This document shows positions 7,601 through 19,284 of a stretch of DNA of 64,000 bases, piece after piece; the first letter of the stretch is position 1; the number at the start of each line of letters is the position of its first letter. The translations under genes and the position numbers were made by a program. The notes beneath the pieces were generated by a model. The model did not search any database and was not told the DNA's origin. It saw nothing but the letters and a program-made list of their open reading frames with translations. Source of the stretch: Pyrinomonadaceae bacterium (lineage in GTDB: Bacteria > Acidobacteriota > Blastocatellia > Pyrinomonadales > Pyrinomonadaceae); the NCBI GenBank assembly GCA_045807745.1, contig JBJMGT010000015.1, forward strand, positions 197,948 through 261,947. Reading direction: 5' to 3'.

Positions 7601-9657
7601 CCGTGCCGCCCTCCGGCGGTGCTATCACCGTGATCAAAGGCGAGAATCAGACGCGCAGGAAACGGGCCGTCGTATAAGACGCGTCCGGCGCGCCCATCCG
7701 CGCGGCGTAGGTTGGGCAGACGCAACAGCGCGGCTACCAGTTCGGGAATCTGCACGCCGTTGATGGCCAGCCCGAAGCAGCGGTGCAGGCCGTAACCGAA
7801 GTGCAGGTAGTCCGTTTCTCGGTCGACCCGAAACTCTTTGGGTCGGGGAAACGCCTCTGGATCGAACATGGCCGAGAGTGTGCCCACGTAGACGGACGCG
7901 CCGGCCGGGATGCGCTTGGCCCGCGTCGTTCCAGCCGCAAGTTCCGTCGCCCGCCCGCAGTAGCGCGCCTGCACAGGGTGATGCGGATTAAAGCGCACCG
8001 CCTCGTAGGCGTAACGCTTGACCACCTCCACTTCGCCGGCCATGGCTGCGGCCCGCGCCCCGGCCAGCGCCTCGGGGCGGCGCAGCAATTCATCTATGGC
8101 GAGCGTGACGAACTTGGACGTGGTGTCAACCGCGCCGACGATTAGCCCGCCGAGATTGCGCCGCACCGCGTTGTCGTCGAGCCAAGGGTGCGCTTCATCC
8201 TGAAGCGCGAGCAGCCGACCCAGCACGTCGTCAGGCTGAGCGGGTGCGCCGCGCTGCGCCTTGCGCCGCGCGATCACGCCGTCCATGTGTTGCCGCAATT
8301 CCGCGCTGGCGCGCAGGGCGTCGCGGTGTACGAGCGGGTCGGCGGCCGGGTTGGCGAAAATATCGTGAAAGACATCGCGCATCCAACGTAGCATCGTCGG
8401 CTCGTCGGGCGCGGGGATGCCGAAGTACGAGCCGACCAGACGCATCGCTACGACGCGCGCGAAGCCGTTCACGACATTGATCCGGCCATACGGGCGGGCC
8501 GCCTCGGCGAGTTGGGCCGCGCTGTGCGCGACGAAGTTGCGTATCCGGTCAAGATCGTCGCGGCGCACCGCGAGCCGCAGCGCCGCTTCCTCGCGATCGT
8601 ACTGAGGCGAGCGATCCATGCCGAGGATGAAGGGGCCGTCGATGGCGTCGATGCGCGCCTCATTAACTTCGGCAATAGTAAAGTCCGTGTCGCGCGTCAG
8701 CACTTCAAGCACGTCTGGATGACGGGTTACGACCGCGCGCTTGCCGACGATGAGGATCGGGGCGACGCGGCGCAGCAATGTGAAAAGTGGTCGCAACAAG
8801 CGCGGGCTAACCAGACAGTTGAACAACTTATCCTTAAACGTGTCGCCGGGCTGATGCGCACCGGTCGCGACCAAATCAACGGCCGGGCGCGGCCGCTGGT
8901 CACGGTAGACGCGCAGGATGAACTGACCCGCCGGCCGCGCGCGCAGTTGCTCAATGTCGGCCCGCATCGGTGGCGGCAGATCATCGAGCGTCGGCATCGG
9001 GCCGCCGTACTCAGGCGGCAGTACGGCCGGCGCGGCCAAGGCCGCAAAGGCCAGATCGGCCGCCGTGAATTGATCGCCCGTTAGAAAACGTCGGCCGTCG
9101 GCCAAGCGCGCTTCCACTTGAGCAAAAATGGTATCCATAACGGCGCGCTGCTGCGGGATGGTGTCGGGCTTAAGCTCAAGGTTGCGCTGCATCGCCCAGA
9201 CTAATAACGGAAAGACAACCGGCACGGCCAAGCGCTCGAAGCGCGGCGCGCGCTCAGTCCAGACGCGAATGGTGGCCGCGCGGTTGTGCGGGAGCATATA
9301 CGCATACGCCCATGCCCGGACTGCAACGCCGAACTTATCGAAAAAGAGATCGAAGAGGGCCAAGGTGTCCGCGTGTGCGCCGGGGTCTGTGGGGAAGAGT
9401 CGCTGCTGTTCGGGGGCGCGTAGTTCGTAATAGTCTACGACCTGCCGCGCGTCGGTGAGGGCCGCATCCGCAGTGTCCAGCACCGGCACGACGCCGCTGC
9501 CGCCGTGTCTGCGCCCCGCAAGGACGTGAAAGACCGGCGCGTGACATTCTTCGTAGTACGGGATGCGGAGCCGATCCAGCAGCCAGCGCGCCATCTCGCA
9601 GTATGGACTGACGGGGATCGAGATCATGTGCGGATGGAATGAGGAGGTGATAGACAA
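7597..9657 (-). CDS. glutathione S-transferase-like / cytochrome P450 fusion protein
   Basis: The N-terminal ~230 aa has a GST thioredoxin-like start (IPVSPYCEMARWLLDRLRIPYYE) and a GST C-terminal helical region. The C-terminal ~430 aa has P450 signatures: I-helix GAVDTTS, ExxR (EAVRF), and heme-Cys loop HFGYGLHRCFG. Confidence 0.75.
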   Translation of the reverse strand: MSITSSFHPHMISIPVSPYCEMARWLLDRLRIPYYEECHAPVFHVLAGRRHGGSGVVPVLDTADAALTDARQVVDYYELRAPEQQRLFPTDPGAHADTLALFDLFFDKFGVAVRAWAYAYMLPHNRAATIRVWTERAPRFERLAVPVVFPLLVWAMQRNLELKPDTIPQQRAVMDTIFAQVEARLADGRRFLTGDQFTAADLAFAALAAPAVLPPEYGGPMPTLDDLPPPMRADIEQLRARPAGQFILRVYRDQRPRPAVDLVATGAHQPGDTFKDKLFNCLVSPRLLRPLFTLLRRVAPILIVGKRAVVTRHPDVLEVLTRDTDFTIAEVNEARIDAIDGPFILGMDRSPQYDREEAALRLAVRRDDLDRIRNFVAHSAAQLAEAARPYGRINVVNGFARVVAMRLVGSYFGIPAPDEPTMLRWMRDVFHDIFANPAADPLVHRDALRASAELRQHMDGVIARRKAQRGAPAQPDDVLGRLLALQDEAHPWLDDNAVRRNLGGLIVGAVDTTSKFVTLAIDELLRRPEALAGARAAAMAGEVEVVKRYAYEAVRFNPHHPVQARYCGRATELAAGTTRAKRIPAGASVYVGTLSAMFDPEAFPRPKEFRVDRETDYLHFGYGLHRCFGLAINGVQIPELVAALLRLPNLRRADGRAGRVLYDGPFPARLILAFDHGDSTAGGRHG

Positions 9658-10115
9658 AGCAGACTCCGAATTTACTCGCCGAGAGAGAGCTTATGAGGCT
9701 GACGGGAAAGCACGCCTAAGCGCCGCTTCGCTCAATGGCTGAGTCGTTGCCGAATTGACCATACCTAAAGTATGGGGCTGGCAGGCAGTTGCCCGCTAGG
9801 ACTGATAATCGCGGTCAGGAAATCCCAGGCTCGGTTGAGAAGCCGCTTTCGCAAAACCGGAATCTGCCGTGTATCTTCACGCATCCATAATGATCGAGCA
9901 GTGAAGAGTAGTAAGGCCGCCACATAGTGACAAGGCTAAGCGGTCAAAACAGAGCCTGACATTATGCCTGTTCGGGCTGACTGTCAATAACTTTTGGCCC
10001 CGGCCGACGCCCGGCATCAGCGGCGCGCACGGATGATTGAAGATAGCAACAACGCTGATTTGCGCGTCCGCTGCATGCCGTCGTTGGGCCGCGCCTAGGG
10101 ATTAACCACGCGATC

Positions 10116-10307
10116 CTAAGACCTCTTGGGCAGCTTAGGAACGCAGCCGAGTCCTTTGCACACGGTGCAAACGCCTTTGACGCGCCGCCCCATCGGGTTC
10201 ATGTGACGGGGGCCTTCAGAACCGCAAGTAGCACAGTCGCAATCAGTGCTGCCTCCGCAGTGTGGGCATATATCATACCCATCTGGAATCGACACGGAAC
10301 GACCCAT
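10116..10307 (-). CDS. small Cys-rich zinc-ribbon protein with DnaJ-type CxxCxGxG-like repeats
   Basis: 63 aa with CPHCGGS, CDCATCGSEG and CTVCKGLGC motifs. A perfect SD AAAGGAGGAG lies 7 nt upstream of the ATG. It sits in a lower-GC islet. Confidence 0.55.
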   Translation of the reverse strand: MGRSVSIPDGYDICPHCGGSTDCDCATCGSEGPRHMNPMGRRVKGVCTVCKGLGCVPKLPKRS

Positions 10308-10465
10308 TTCTCTCCTCCTTTGTTCGTCGAATTATGTTCGGCCCAACGCTCGAATTGAGCGGGCGGGAAGCATTGCAGCAAGCATCCGAGTCTCGCGATG
10401 AAGGACAGGCTGATTCCGCTCCGCTCGAATGAGTTGTTCGGCTGCCCGTTGCTTGAGCAAGGCCG

Positions 10466-11062
10466 TTATCGCATCTTTCGCAGTCCCTTAGCCTGCCATT
10501 CAGGTAAGCCAACGCGGCCGCCTCCGTTGAACTTGACCTTGAAACCATCAGCGCGCTGCTCTAGCATCCGGTACTCAAAAGGCATGTTTACCCATTTGAG
10601 CTCGGGTGGCGTCTCGTAAGGGATTGGAAAGTACACGTCAACGGTGGACTCGTCAACGTTGGCATTGACCTGAATGGTTCCAGTCTGGACGAGCATGTCA
10701 TTTGGAACAGACTGTTGCCAAGCAGGGCTCAACGTGATCAGTAACCCGACGATTGACGCAGTGCTTCCCCAGACGCCGAACTTCTCGAACGGACCCAGAC
10801 GTTGATACTTTCGATAGAAGTCCAAGACATCATCCCGGCGTCGCCAGTTCGACCACGCTCCGATCGCAATACCTAAAGGTGCGATTACCCCAAAGACAAT
10901 GACCGCCGAGCCAACAATACTTGAGGTCAGGAGCCACAGCAGAAGGATCAATGCCCGCCAAGGCCCTTGAAAGATACTAAAGAATGCCCAGACCGCCAGA
11001 GCGCCGATGGTACATCCAATGACCTCTTTCGACAGAAGGCGATGCCACTCAAATCGATTCAT
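10466..11062 (-). CDS. hypothetical integral membrane protein
   Basis: Start re-placed at the internal Met MNRFEW, which is preceded by SD TTCGGAGGCGC. It has 3-4 predicted TM helices and a soluble C-terminal domain. The ORF-track N-terminal extension covers the palindromic repeats and is rejected. Confidence 0.45.
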   Translation of the reverse strand: MNRFEWHRLLSKEVIGCTIGALAVWAFFSIFQGPWRALILLLWLLTSSIVGSAVIVFGVIAPLGIAIGAWSNWRRRDDVLDFYRKYQRLGPFEKFGVWGSTASIVGLLITLSPAWQQSVPNDMLVQTGTIQVNANVDESTVDVYFPIPYETPPELKWVNMPFEYRMLEQRADGFKVKFNGGGRVGLPEWQAKGLRKMR

Positions 11063-11142
11063 GCGCCTCCGAATGGGAGAAAATTGGCCAAATGAACGCT
11101 CATCGATATGCTCACTTTCGTGAAGAGGCGGCCGAACTACGG

Positions 11143-11229
11143 TATATGCGGAACAGCTTCCGCATAACACCGGAATTTGGGTGTTATACGGAACAGCTTC
11201 CGCATAATACCGTTATAGGCGGAAGCCGG
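11143..11229. promoter_or_regulatory. 2.5 direct copies (40-bp period) of a palindromic site TATGCGGAA-cagc-TTCCGCATA; putative operator array
   Basis: tatatgcggaacagcttccgcataacac at 11143-11170 and gttatacggaacagcttccgcataatac at 11183-11210, plus a partial ataggcggaagc at 11213-11224. They lie 81-167 bp upstream of the membrane-protein start and downstream of the GATase gene. Confidence 0.5.
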
Positions 11230-11275
11230 TAAAGCTATTCTAAGGTTTGAATCAGTAGGTAACCAAAGGGAAGTT

Positions 11276-12238
11276 TCACCCTTTGACTTCCCCGGCGTGC
11301 TTGAGAGATTCGCGCAGGAAGTTCTCGAAGATGATGCGCCCGTCGCGCGACTCGTTTGGATGTGCCCAGCGTGTGGCGCGCGTGCGGTCGTAGTCCTCGA
11401 AAGATTTTTCGAGATGGAATTGCACGGTGTAGATGAGTTGCCCGTCCGTCCGTTTGACCATCATCTGGTTGCGACAGAAGTAGGCGGTCGCGAGTAGCTT
11501 GAAGCCTTCGGGCACGCGGTCGAGTTCGAGGCCGTGGTTCTGCCAGACACGCAGGATGCGCGCCTCGGTTGTGTAATCCTGCCAGAGACCTGTCTGCGGA
11601 TCGTGTATGCCGGCGAAGATCGGGTCGTCCGGGTCGGTGATGCGGATGAAGCGATATTGATACTCGAAAGGCCGCTGCGCACGGTTCTCGTGTTGCTCAC
11701 GTTTGTCGAGCGTCTGGATGCGCGCCCCAAAGCTTAAGCCGATAAGTTGATGACCGCCGCAAATGCCGAGCACGGGCGTGCGCGTTGTGGTAATGAACTC
11801 GGCGAACTTGGCGAGCAGCGCCGGGCTGTAGAGATCAAAGTCGCTGAGCGTACCGCTCAAGACGATAGCATCGGGGCGGAAAGCGTAGGCCGCTGCGGCG
11901 ACCTCCGATAGATGAACTGTCTCCGTCACGGGCTGGCGCACGAGGCGCGAGATGTTATTGCGTATGTTGTTGAGGGCCATGCCGGCGATCTTGCGCTCGC
12001 GTTGCAGGTTAGTGTCCGTCCGCCGGCCCCATTCCGCCAATGCGACTTCAGAGAGATCGCTTCGGTCGCGCAAGAGATCGTCCACGACAAGGACGCGCGC
12101 CGTGTCAATCCGCTGCTCAATCGGTTCAAAGCGACAGTAAGAGCGCTGATTGAAAGGGAACGGTAGCGGTTCAGCTTGATCGATGGGGGTGCGCGGTGTT
12201 TGTTCGAGTTCCTGCATCGTTCTCTTAAAAGTCCACAA
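11276..12238 (-). CDS. class I glutamine amidotransferase-like protein (GATase1 / peptidase C26-like) with an N-terminal extension
   Basis: GICGGHQLIG matches the GxCxGxQ nucleophile elbow. VQFHLE matches the His-Glu triad motif. 320 aa. Confidence 0.7.
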   Translation of the reverse strand: MWTFKRTMQELEQTPRTPIDQAEPLPFPFNQRSYCRFEPIEQRIDTARVLVVDDLLRDRSDLSEVALAEWGRRTDTNLQRERKIAGMALNNIRNNISRLVRQPVTETVHLSEVAAAAYAFRPDAIVLSGTLSDFDLYSPALLAKFAEFITTTRTPVLGICGGHQLIGLSFGARIQTLDKREQHENRAQRPFEYQYRFIRITDPDDPIFAGIHDPQTGLWQDYTTEARILRVWQNHGLELDRVPEGFKLLATAYFCRNQMMVKRTDGQLIYTVQFHLEKSFEDYDRTRATRWAHPNESRDGRIIFENFLRESLKHAGEVKG

Positions 12239-12249
12239 TAGTTAGATGT

Positions 12250-12807
12250 TCACGCCCGGCGCAGCCGTTGTTTCGTATTCTGGTTGAACTGCGGCACGGC
12301 CGCGCCTGCGCCTGCCTCTTCGACCTCGCCCCGCGCCGCGCCGATCAGCGTGCGCCGCAAACGCGCACGCAATGCTGCTGTGCGCTCGCTTGCCCGGTGC
12401 TCTATGAGCAATAACATGTGCTGCCATGAAGATTCAAGCTCGTCCGCAAGCGGGGACGTTCGTGTAATGTCGTATGGGACGGCGACGGCGGCCACACCCA
12501 AGCGCGCGAAGACAGCCAGATAGCGCGCCGTCGCCAGATCGGGACACGACAGGCGCTTACGTCCGACCTTCAACTCCACGCCCAACAACGTGTGCTGCAC
12601 GGACACTTCCGTCCCGGCCTTCGCCGCCGGCAGCGCGTGCGAGCGCGTGCGCATGGGCATGATTTTTTCCCGATAAATGCGCGGCAGCCAAACGTCTGCC
12701 AACTCATCCTTGATCTGGGCCGCCAACTCGTCGGCGCTGCCCAGTCGCGCCTTTTTCTGCGCCACCGCCGGTTGCACCGCAACTGTCTGCCAAGCACACA
12801 TAAGCAC
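12250..12807 (-). CDS. hypothetical protein
   Basis: 185 aa ORF between the nuoN 3' hairpin and the GATase gene. Composition is plausible but it has no recognisable motif. Its annotated start overlaps the hairpin element. Confidence 0.3.
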   Translation of the reverse strand: MLMCAWQTVAVQPAVAQKKARLGSADELAAQIKDELADVWLPRIYREKIMPMRTRSHALPAAKAGTEVSVQHTLLGVELKVGRKRLSCPDLATARYLAVFARLGVAAVAVPYDITRTSPLADELESSWQHMLLLIEHRASERTAALRARLRRTLIGAARGEVEEAGAGAAVPQFNQNTKQRLRRA

Positions 12808-12878
12808 AGTGACAAGTGACGACTGACAAGTTGAGTGTGAATCTTAACTCGTCACTCGGCACTTGTCACTTGTCACTG
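12807..12878. repeat. heptamer-tandem hairpin element (GTGACAA type) at the 3' end of nuoN
   Basis: cagtgacaagtgacgactgacaagttgag - loop - ctcgtcactcggcacttgtcacttgtcactg. The arms are built from tandem GTGACAA-like heptamers. It overlaps the nuoN stop codon. A near-identical copy sits at 63283-63356. Confidence 0.7.
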
Positions 12879-14468
12879 TTTTCTGGCGATTGCTGCTTGG
12901 GTGCTGCGGAAGGCGTCGAGCACTTGGCCGGGGAAGAGGCCGAGGTAAAAGACGCCGAGGACGGTCAAGATGAGCACGATGGTGATGCTTGCGGGCACGC
13001 GCGGCGGCGTCCAAGCGGTCGTGCGTTCGCGGAAGAACATGACGACGACGAGGCGTAGATAGTAATAGACCGAGACGGCCGAGTTGAGCACGCCGACGAC
13101 GACAAGCGCGGTGTACTTCGCGCCGCCGGGCGCGCTCGACAGATTGAGCGCCGCGCGGAAGACCATGACCTTGCCCATGAAGCCCGCCGTCAACGGGATG
13201 CCGATCAGGCTGAGCAGAAAGAGCGTCAGCGTGAAGGCGAGCGCGGGCGCGCGGAAGCCTATGCCGTTGTAATCCTCGATCTCCGTGCGCCGGTCGCCGT
13301 TGCGCGCGATCATGGTCACAACAGCGAACGCGCCGAGGTTCATGACCGCATAGGAGAGCAGATAAAAGACGACGGCCGCGACGGCCTCACGCTGTTGCAC
13401 TTCCTCTAGAGCCGCGCCCGCCGCGACGAACCCGACGAGCGCATAACCCGCGTGCGCGATGGACGAGTAGGCCAGCATGCGCTTGACGTTTGTCTGCACG
13501 AGCGCGGCGAGGTTGCCGACAGACATTGTCAAGATCGCGAGCACATACAGCGTGTTCAGCCATACGTCGTGGATCGGCGCGGCCTGCGCGGTGCTGGCAG
13601 CGATAAAGGGAAAGCCGATGAGAAAGACGCGCATGAACGAGGCAAACCCGGCCGCCTTTGGCCCCGCGGCCATGAACGCGGTCACGGGCGTGGGCGCACC
13701 TTCATAAACATCAGGCGTCCAGACGTGAAACGGCGCGGTCGCGATCTTAAAACCGAAGCCGACGAGCAACAGCGCCGCGCCCGCGTACAGGAGCGCCGGG
13801 TAGGGCAGGCTCACGTCGCCGAGCCGCACGGCCAGCTCACGCAGGTTGGTCGTGCCCGCACCGTTGATGGTGGCCGTGCCGCCGTAGACCAGCGCGATGC
13901 CGTAGAGCAGGAAGGCGGACGAGAATGAGCCGAGGATGAAATACTTGATCGAAGATTCGTTCGAGCGCAGGTCAGTCCGGCGGAAGCCAGCCATCACGTA
14001 GGTCGAGATCGAGAGTAGCTCCAAGCCCAGAAAGATAATGACGAGGTCGCCGCCCGCCGCCATCAACATCATGCCGACGGTGGCGAACAGCAGGAGCGCA
14101 TGAAACTCGCCCGCCGGCAAACGCTCCCACTCAACCCAGATCATCGAGAGCAACACCGTCAGCGCCGCGACGACGATGAAGACGAGCGTAAACGACAGCC
14201 GCATCGGGTCGAGCACGATCATGCCGTTGTAGGCTTCGCGCAAACCCGGCGGCACACGCCACAGCCACACGCACGCGCCAGCCGCCGCCGCGAGACCCGC
14301 AAGCGACAATCCGCCCGTGAGCCAAGGGCGATCCTCGCGGCGCGTGAAAGCGTCGACGAGCATCACGAGCACGCCCGTGATGGAGACGATCAACTCCGGC
14401 AGGAGCAGCGTCAGGCTCACATCCGGGTTCGGTGCTTGCAGTGTCTGTAATGCCAACAAGTAGTTCAT
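12873..14468 (-). CDS. nuoN: NADH-quinone oxidoreductase subunit N
   Basis: 531 aa polytopic antiporter-like subunit, last of the nuo operon. The start ATG overlaps the upstream TlpA-like stop (ATGA). Confidence 0.9.
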   Translation of the reverse strand: MNYLLALQTLQAPNPDVSLTLLLPELIVSITGVLVMLVDAFTRREDRPWLTGGLSLAGLAAAAGACVWLWRVPPGLREAYNGMIVLDPMRLSFTLVFIVVAALTVLLSMIWVEWERLPAGEFHALLLFATVGMMLMAAGGDLVIIFLGLELLSISTYVMAGFRRTDLRSNESSIKYFILGSFSSAFLLYGIALVYGGTATINGAGTTNLRELAVRLGDVSLPYPALLYAGAALLLVGFGFKIATAPFHVWTPDVYEGAPTPVTAFMAAGPKAAGFASFMRVFLIGFPFIAASTAQAAPIHDVWLNTLYVLAILTMSVGNLAALVQTNVKRMLAYSSIAHAGYALVGFVAAGAALEEVQQREAVAAVVFYLLSYAVMNLGAFAVVTMIARNGDRRTEIEDYNGIGFRAPALAFTLTLFLLSLIGIPLTAGFMGKVMVFRAALNLSSAPGGAKYTALVVVGVLNSAVSVYYYLRLVVVMFFRERTTAWTPPRVPASITIVLILTVLGVFYLGLFPGQVLDAFRSTQAAIARKQ

Positions 14469-15034
14469 CAGTTGGTGTTAGTCTCGGCGCGCGCCGCCGT
14501 GCGCGCGAGCAGCGCGTCGAGCCGGGCGCGCACGTTCTTCTTATACTCAATCGGATCAGACGACATGCCCGTCTGTTTGGGCGCGGCGAACGCGCCCGTC
14601 TGGTCGAAGAAAACGATCATCGGCAACCGCAGCCGCTGGCTGAACTGCCCGAACGCCGCGTAGTCCGGATCGCGCAGCACGGGCATCGTCAAGCGATGCA
14701 GCTTTGCGTATTGCCGCACCCACGCGTCCGACGCCTGTTGTTTCGTATCGACGCTGACCCAGAGAAAACGCACGGGCTTGCGGGCGTACTCTTCTTGCAA
14801 CTCTGCGAGCGCCGTCAACTCCCACTCGCAGGGCTTACACCACGTTGCGCCGAATGAGACGAGCACCACCTGACCGCGCATCTCAGTCACGTCATAAATT
14901 TTGCCGTCCACGCCCTTCAGTTTTACGTTGAGCGCACCTGTGCGCGCGGACGCGGCTTGCGCCAAGACAACGCCTGAGCAGATCAGCATAAGCGCAACAA
15001 AGAAGAGCACATTTTTTAATCGTCTTAAGCTCAT
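14468..15034 (-). CDS. TlpA/ResA-like thiol-disulfide oxidoreductase (thioredoxin fold, signal-anchored) inserted in the nuo operon
   Basis: WCKPC CxxC active site. N-terminal hydrophobic anchor MSLRRLKNVLFFVALMLICSGVVLA. Start re-placed at ATG 15034, because the track start is GTG 15061. The stop overlaps the nuoN start. Confidence 0.7.
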   Translation of the reverse strand: MSLRRLKNVLFFVALMLICSGVVLAQAASARTGALNVKLKGVDGKIYDVTEMRGQVVLVSFGATWCKPCEWELTALAELQEEYARKPVRFLWVSVDTKQQASDAWVRQYAKLHRLTMPVLRDPDYAAFGQFSQRLRLPMIVFFDQTGAFAAPKQTGMSSDPIEYKKNVRARLDALLARTAARAETNTN

Positions 15035-15078
15035 TACTTCACAATGGGCCAAATCATGCACAACTTAACTTGCAAACT

Positions 15079-16614
15079 TCACTTGTTCTCCGCGACCGTA
15101 CCGCGACTCTGGGGCGCGACGACGCGCGTGCGCACGTCGTTGACGCTCGCCTGCGAGCGGCTCAGGAACGGGCGCGGGTAAGCGCCCATGTAGAGCATCA
15201 GGAGGAGGAGCGGCAAGAGCAAGCCAAGTTCGCGCCAACTCAGATCGGTCAGCCGCGCGTTCTTCTCGTTCGTCACGCGCCCGAACAGGACGCGCTGCAA
15301 CATCCAGAGCATATAGACCGCCGCCCAGATGACGCCCGTCGCCGCCAGCATCGTGATGATATAAGAGTGGCGCAGTATGCCAACCGTGTCCGATGTCCAA
15401 GTGCCTAGCAGGATCAGAAACTCGCCAATGAAGCCGTTGAGTAGGGGCAAGCCGACGGATGAGAGCGACGTGATCACAAAGACAGTTGCGAACCAGGGCA
15501 TCGGTTGAGCTAAGCCGCCGAACTCGGAGATCAAACGCGTGTGCCGCCGCTCGTAGATCATACCGACGATTAAAAATAGCGCGCCGGTCGAGACGCCATG
15601 ATTGAGCATCTGATAGAGCGCGCCTTGCATGCCCTGTTCCGTGAATGAGAACAGGCCCAACACGATGAAGCCCATGTGACTAACCGACGAGTAAGCGACG
15701 AGTCGCTTCACATCCGGCTGCACCATTGCGACCAACGCGCCGTAGATGATGCCGATGATGGCGAGCGTCACCATCAACCCGGAAAAATACTGCGCGGCCA
15801 CTGGGAAGAGCGTCAGGTTGAAACGCATCAGCCCGTATGTGCCCATCTTCAACAACACGCCCGCGAGGATGACAGAGCCGGCGGTCGGTGCTTCCGTGTG
15901 TGCATCCGGCAGCCACGTGTGGAAGGGAAACAGCGGCACTTTGATCGAGAAGGCGAGCGCAAAGGCGGCGAAGAGCCAGAACTCCCAATGTCCCGGATAC
16001 GGGAGGGCCGTCCCGTCTGCCAGCGCCTTGAGCATCAACGTGTAGTCAAACGTGCCGAAATGATAATAGAGCGCAATGATGCCGACGAGCATCAGCAGAC
16101 TGCCCAGCGCCGTGTAGATGAAAAATTTGACCGCCGCGTATATCCGGCGCTCGCCGCCCCAGACGCCGATCAGGAAATACATCGGCACAAGCGACGCCTC
16201 GAAGAACAGATAGAACAGCAGCAGGTCGAGCGAAACGAAGACGCCGAGCATCGCACCTTCGAGCAGCAGCAGAAACGCGTAGAAGGCTGTGTGTCGTTCT
16301 TCGACCGCATGCCACGTCGAGATGATCGAGATGGGCACGAGCAGAGTGGTCAACAGCACGAGCCACAGGCTGATGCCATCCACGCCGACGTGATAGCGCG
16401 CGCCGATCTGCCCGATCCAAGAGATGTCCTGCACGAAGCGAAACGTGCCGCTCGCACTGTCGCCTCTGAGCAGCAGGAGCGACAGCGCGAAGTTGACAAG
16501 CGAGAATACAAGCGCCAGCCAGCGCGTCTCAGCCGCGCCTCTACGCAGGAGCGCAACGACGACCGCGCCGCCGACCGGCAGCAGGATGAGTATGGTGATC
16601 AGGTAGCGCTCCAT
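15079..16614 (-). CDS. nuoM: NADH-quinone oxidoreductase subunit M
   Basis: 511 aa antiporter-like subunit with conserved nuoM/ND4 order between nuoL and nuoN. Confidence 0.9.
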   Translation of the reverse strand: MERYLITILILLPVGGAVVVALLRRGAAETRWLALVFSLVNFALSLLLLRGDSASGTFRFVQDISWIGQIGARYHVGVDGISLWLVLLTTLLVPISIISTWHAVEERHTAFYAFLLLLEGAMLGVFVSLDLLLFYLFFEASLVPMYFLIGVWGGERRIYAAVKFFIYTALGSLLMLVGIIALYYHFGTFDYTLMLKALADGTALPYPGHWEFWLFAAFALAFSIKVPLFPFHTWLPDAHTEAPTAGSVILAGVLLKMGTYGLMRFNLTLFPVAAQYFSGLMVTLAIIGIIYGALVAMVQPDVKRLVAYSSVSHMGFIVLGLFSFTEQGMQGALYQMLNHGVSTGALFLIVGMIYERRHTRLISEFGGLAQPMPWFATVFVITSLSSVGLPLLNGFIGEFLILLGTWTSDTVGILRHSYIITMLAATGVIWAAVYMLWMLQRVLFGRVTNEKNARLTDLSWRELGLLLPLLLLMLYMGAYPRPFLSRSQASVNDVRTRVVAPQSRGTVAENK

Positions 16615-16620
16615 AAACGT

Positions 16621-18963
<2,343 letters not shown>

Positions 18964-18981
18964 AAATAACTTAACGCGCCG

Positions 18982-19284
18982 CTACAGCTTCAGCACGCTT
19001 GCCTCGTCTACGTCGAGCGATTCGCGGTTGCGGAAGACAGCGATGATGATGCCTAAGCCGACGGCCGCTTCGGCGGCGGCGACGGTCATGACGATAAAGA
19101 CGAACAGTTGCCCCGACACGTCGCGGAAAAAGCTGGAGAACGCCACGAGCGACAGGTTCACGGCGTTGAGCATCAGCTCGATGCACATGAACATGGCAAT
19201 GGCGTTGCGCTTGATGATGACACCCGTGACGCCGATGGTGAACAAGACGGCGGACAGGGCCAGATACCATGACAGCGGGATCAT
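18982..19284 (-). CDS. nuoK: NADH-quinone oxidoreductase subunit K
   Basis: 100 aa protein with three TM helices, in conserved position. Confidence 0.9.
   Translation of the reverse strand: MIPLSWYLALSAVLFTIGVTGVIIKRNAIAMFMCIELMLNAVNLSLVAFSSFFRDVSGQLFVFIVMTVAAAEAAVGLGIIIAVFRNRESLDVDEASVLKL

Noticed and set aside
12805-12885. nuoN 3' hairpin as a classical rho-independent terminator
   Set aside because: The T-run (ttttctgg) follows the hairpin on the plus strand, not on the nuo (minus) transcript. On the nuo mRNA no U-tract follows the stem. It is more likely a stabilising 3' stem-loop of the heptamer family.
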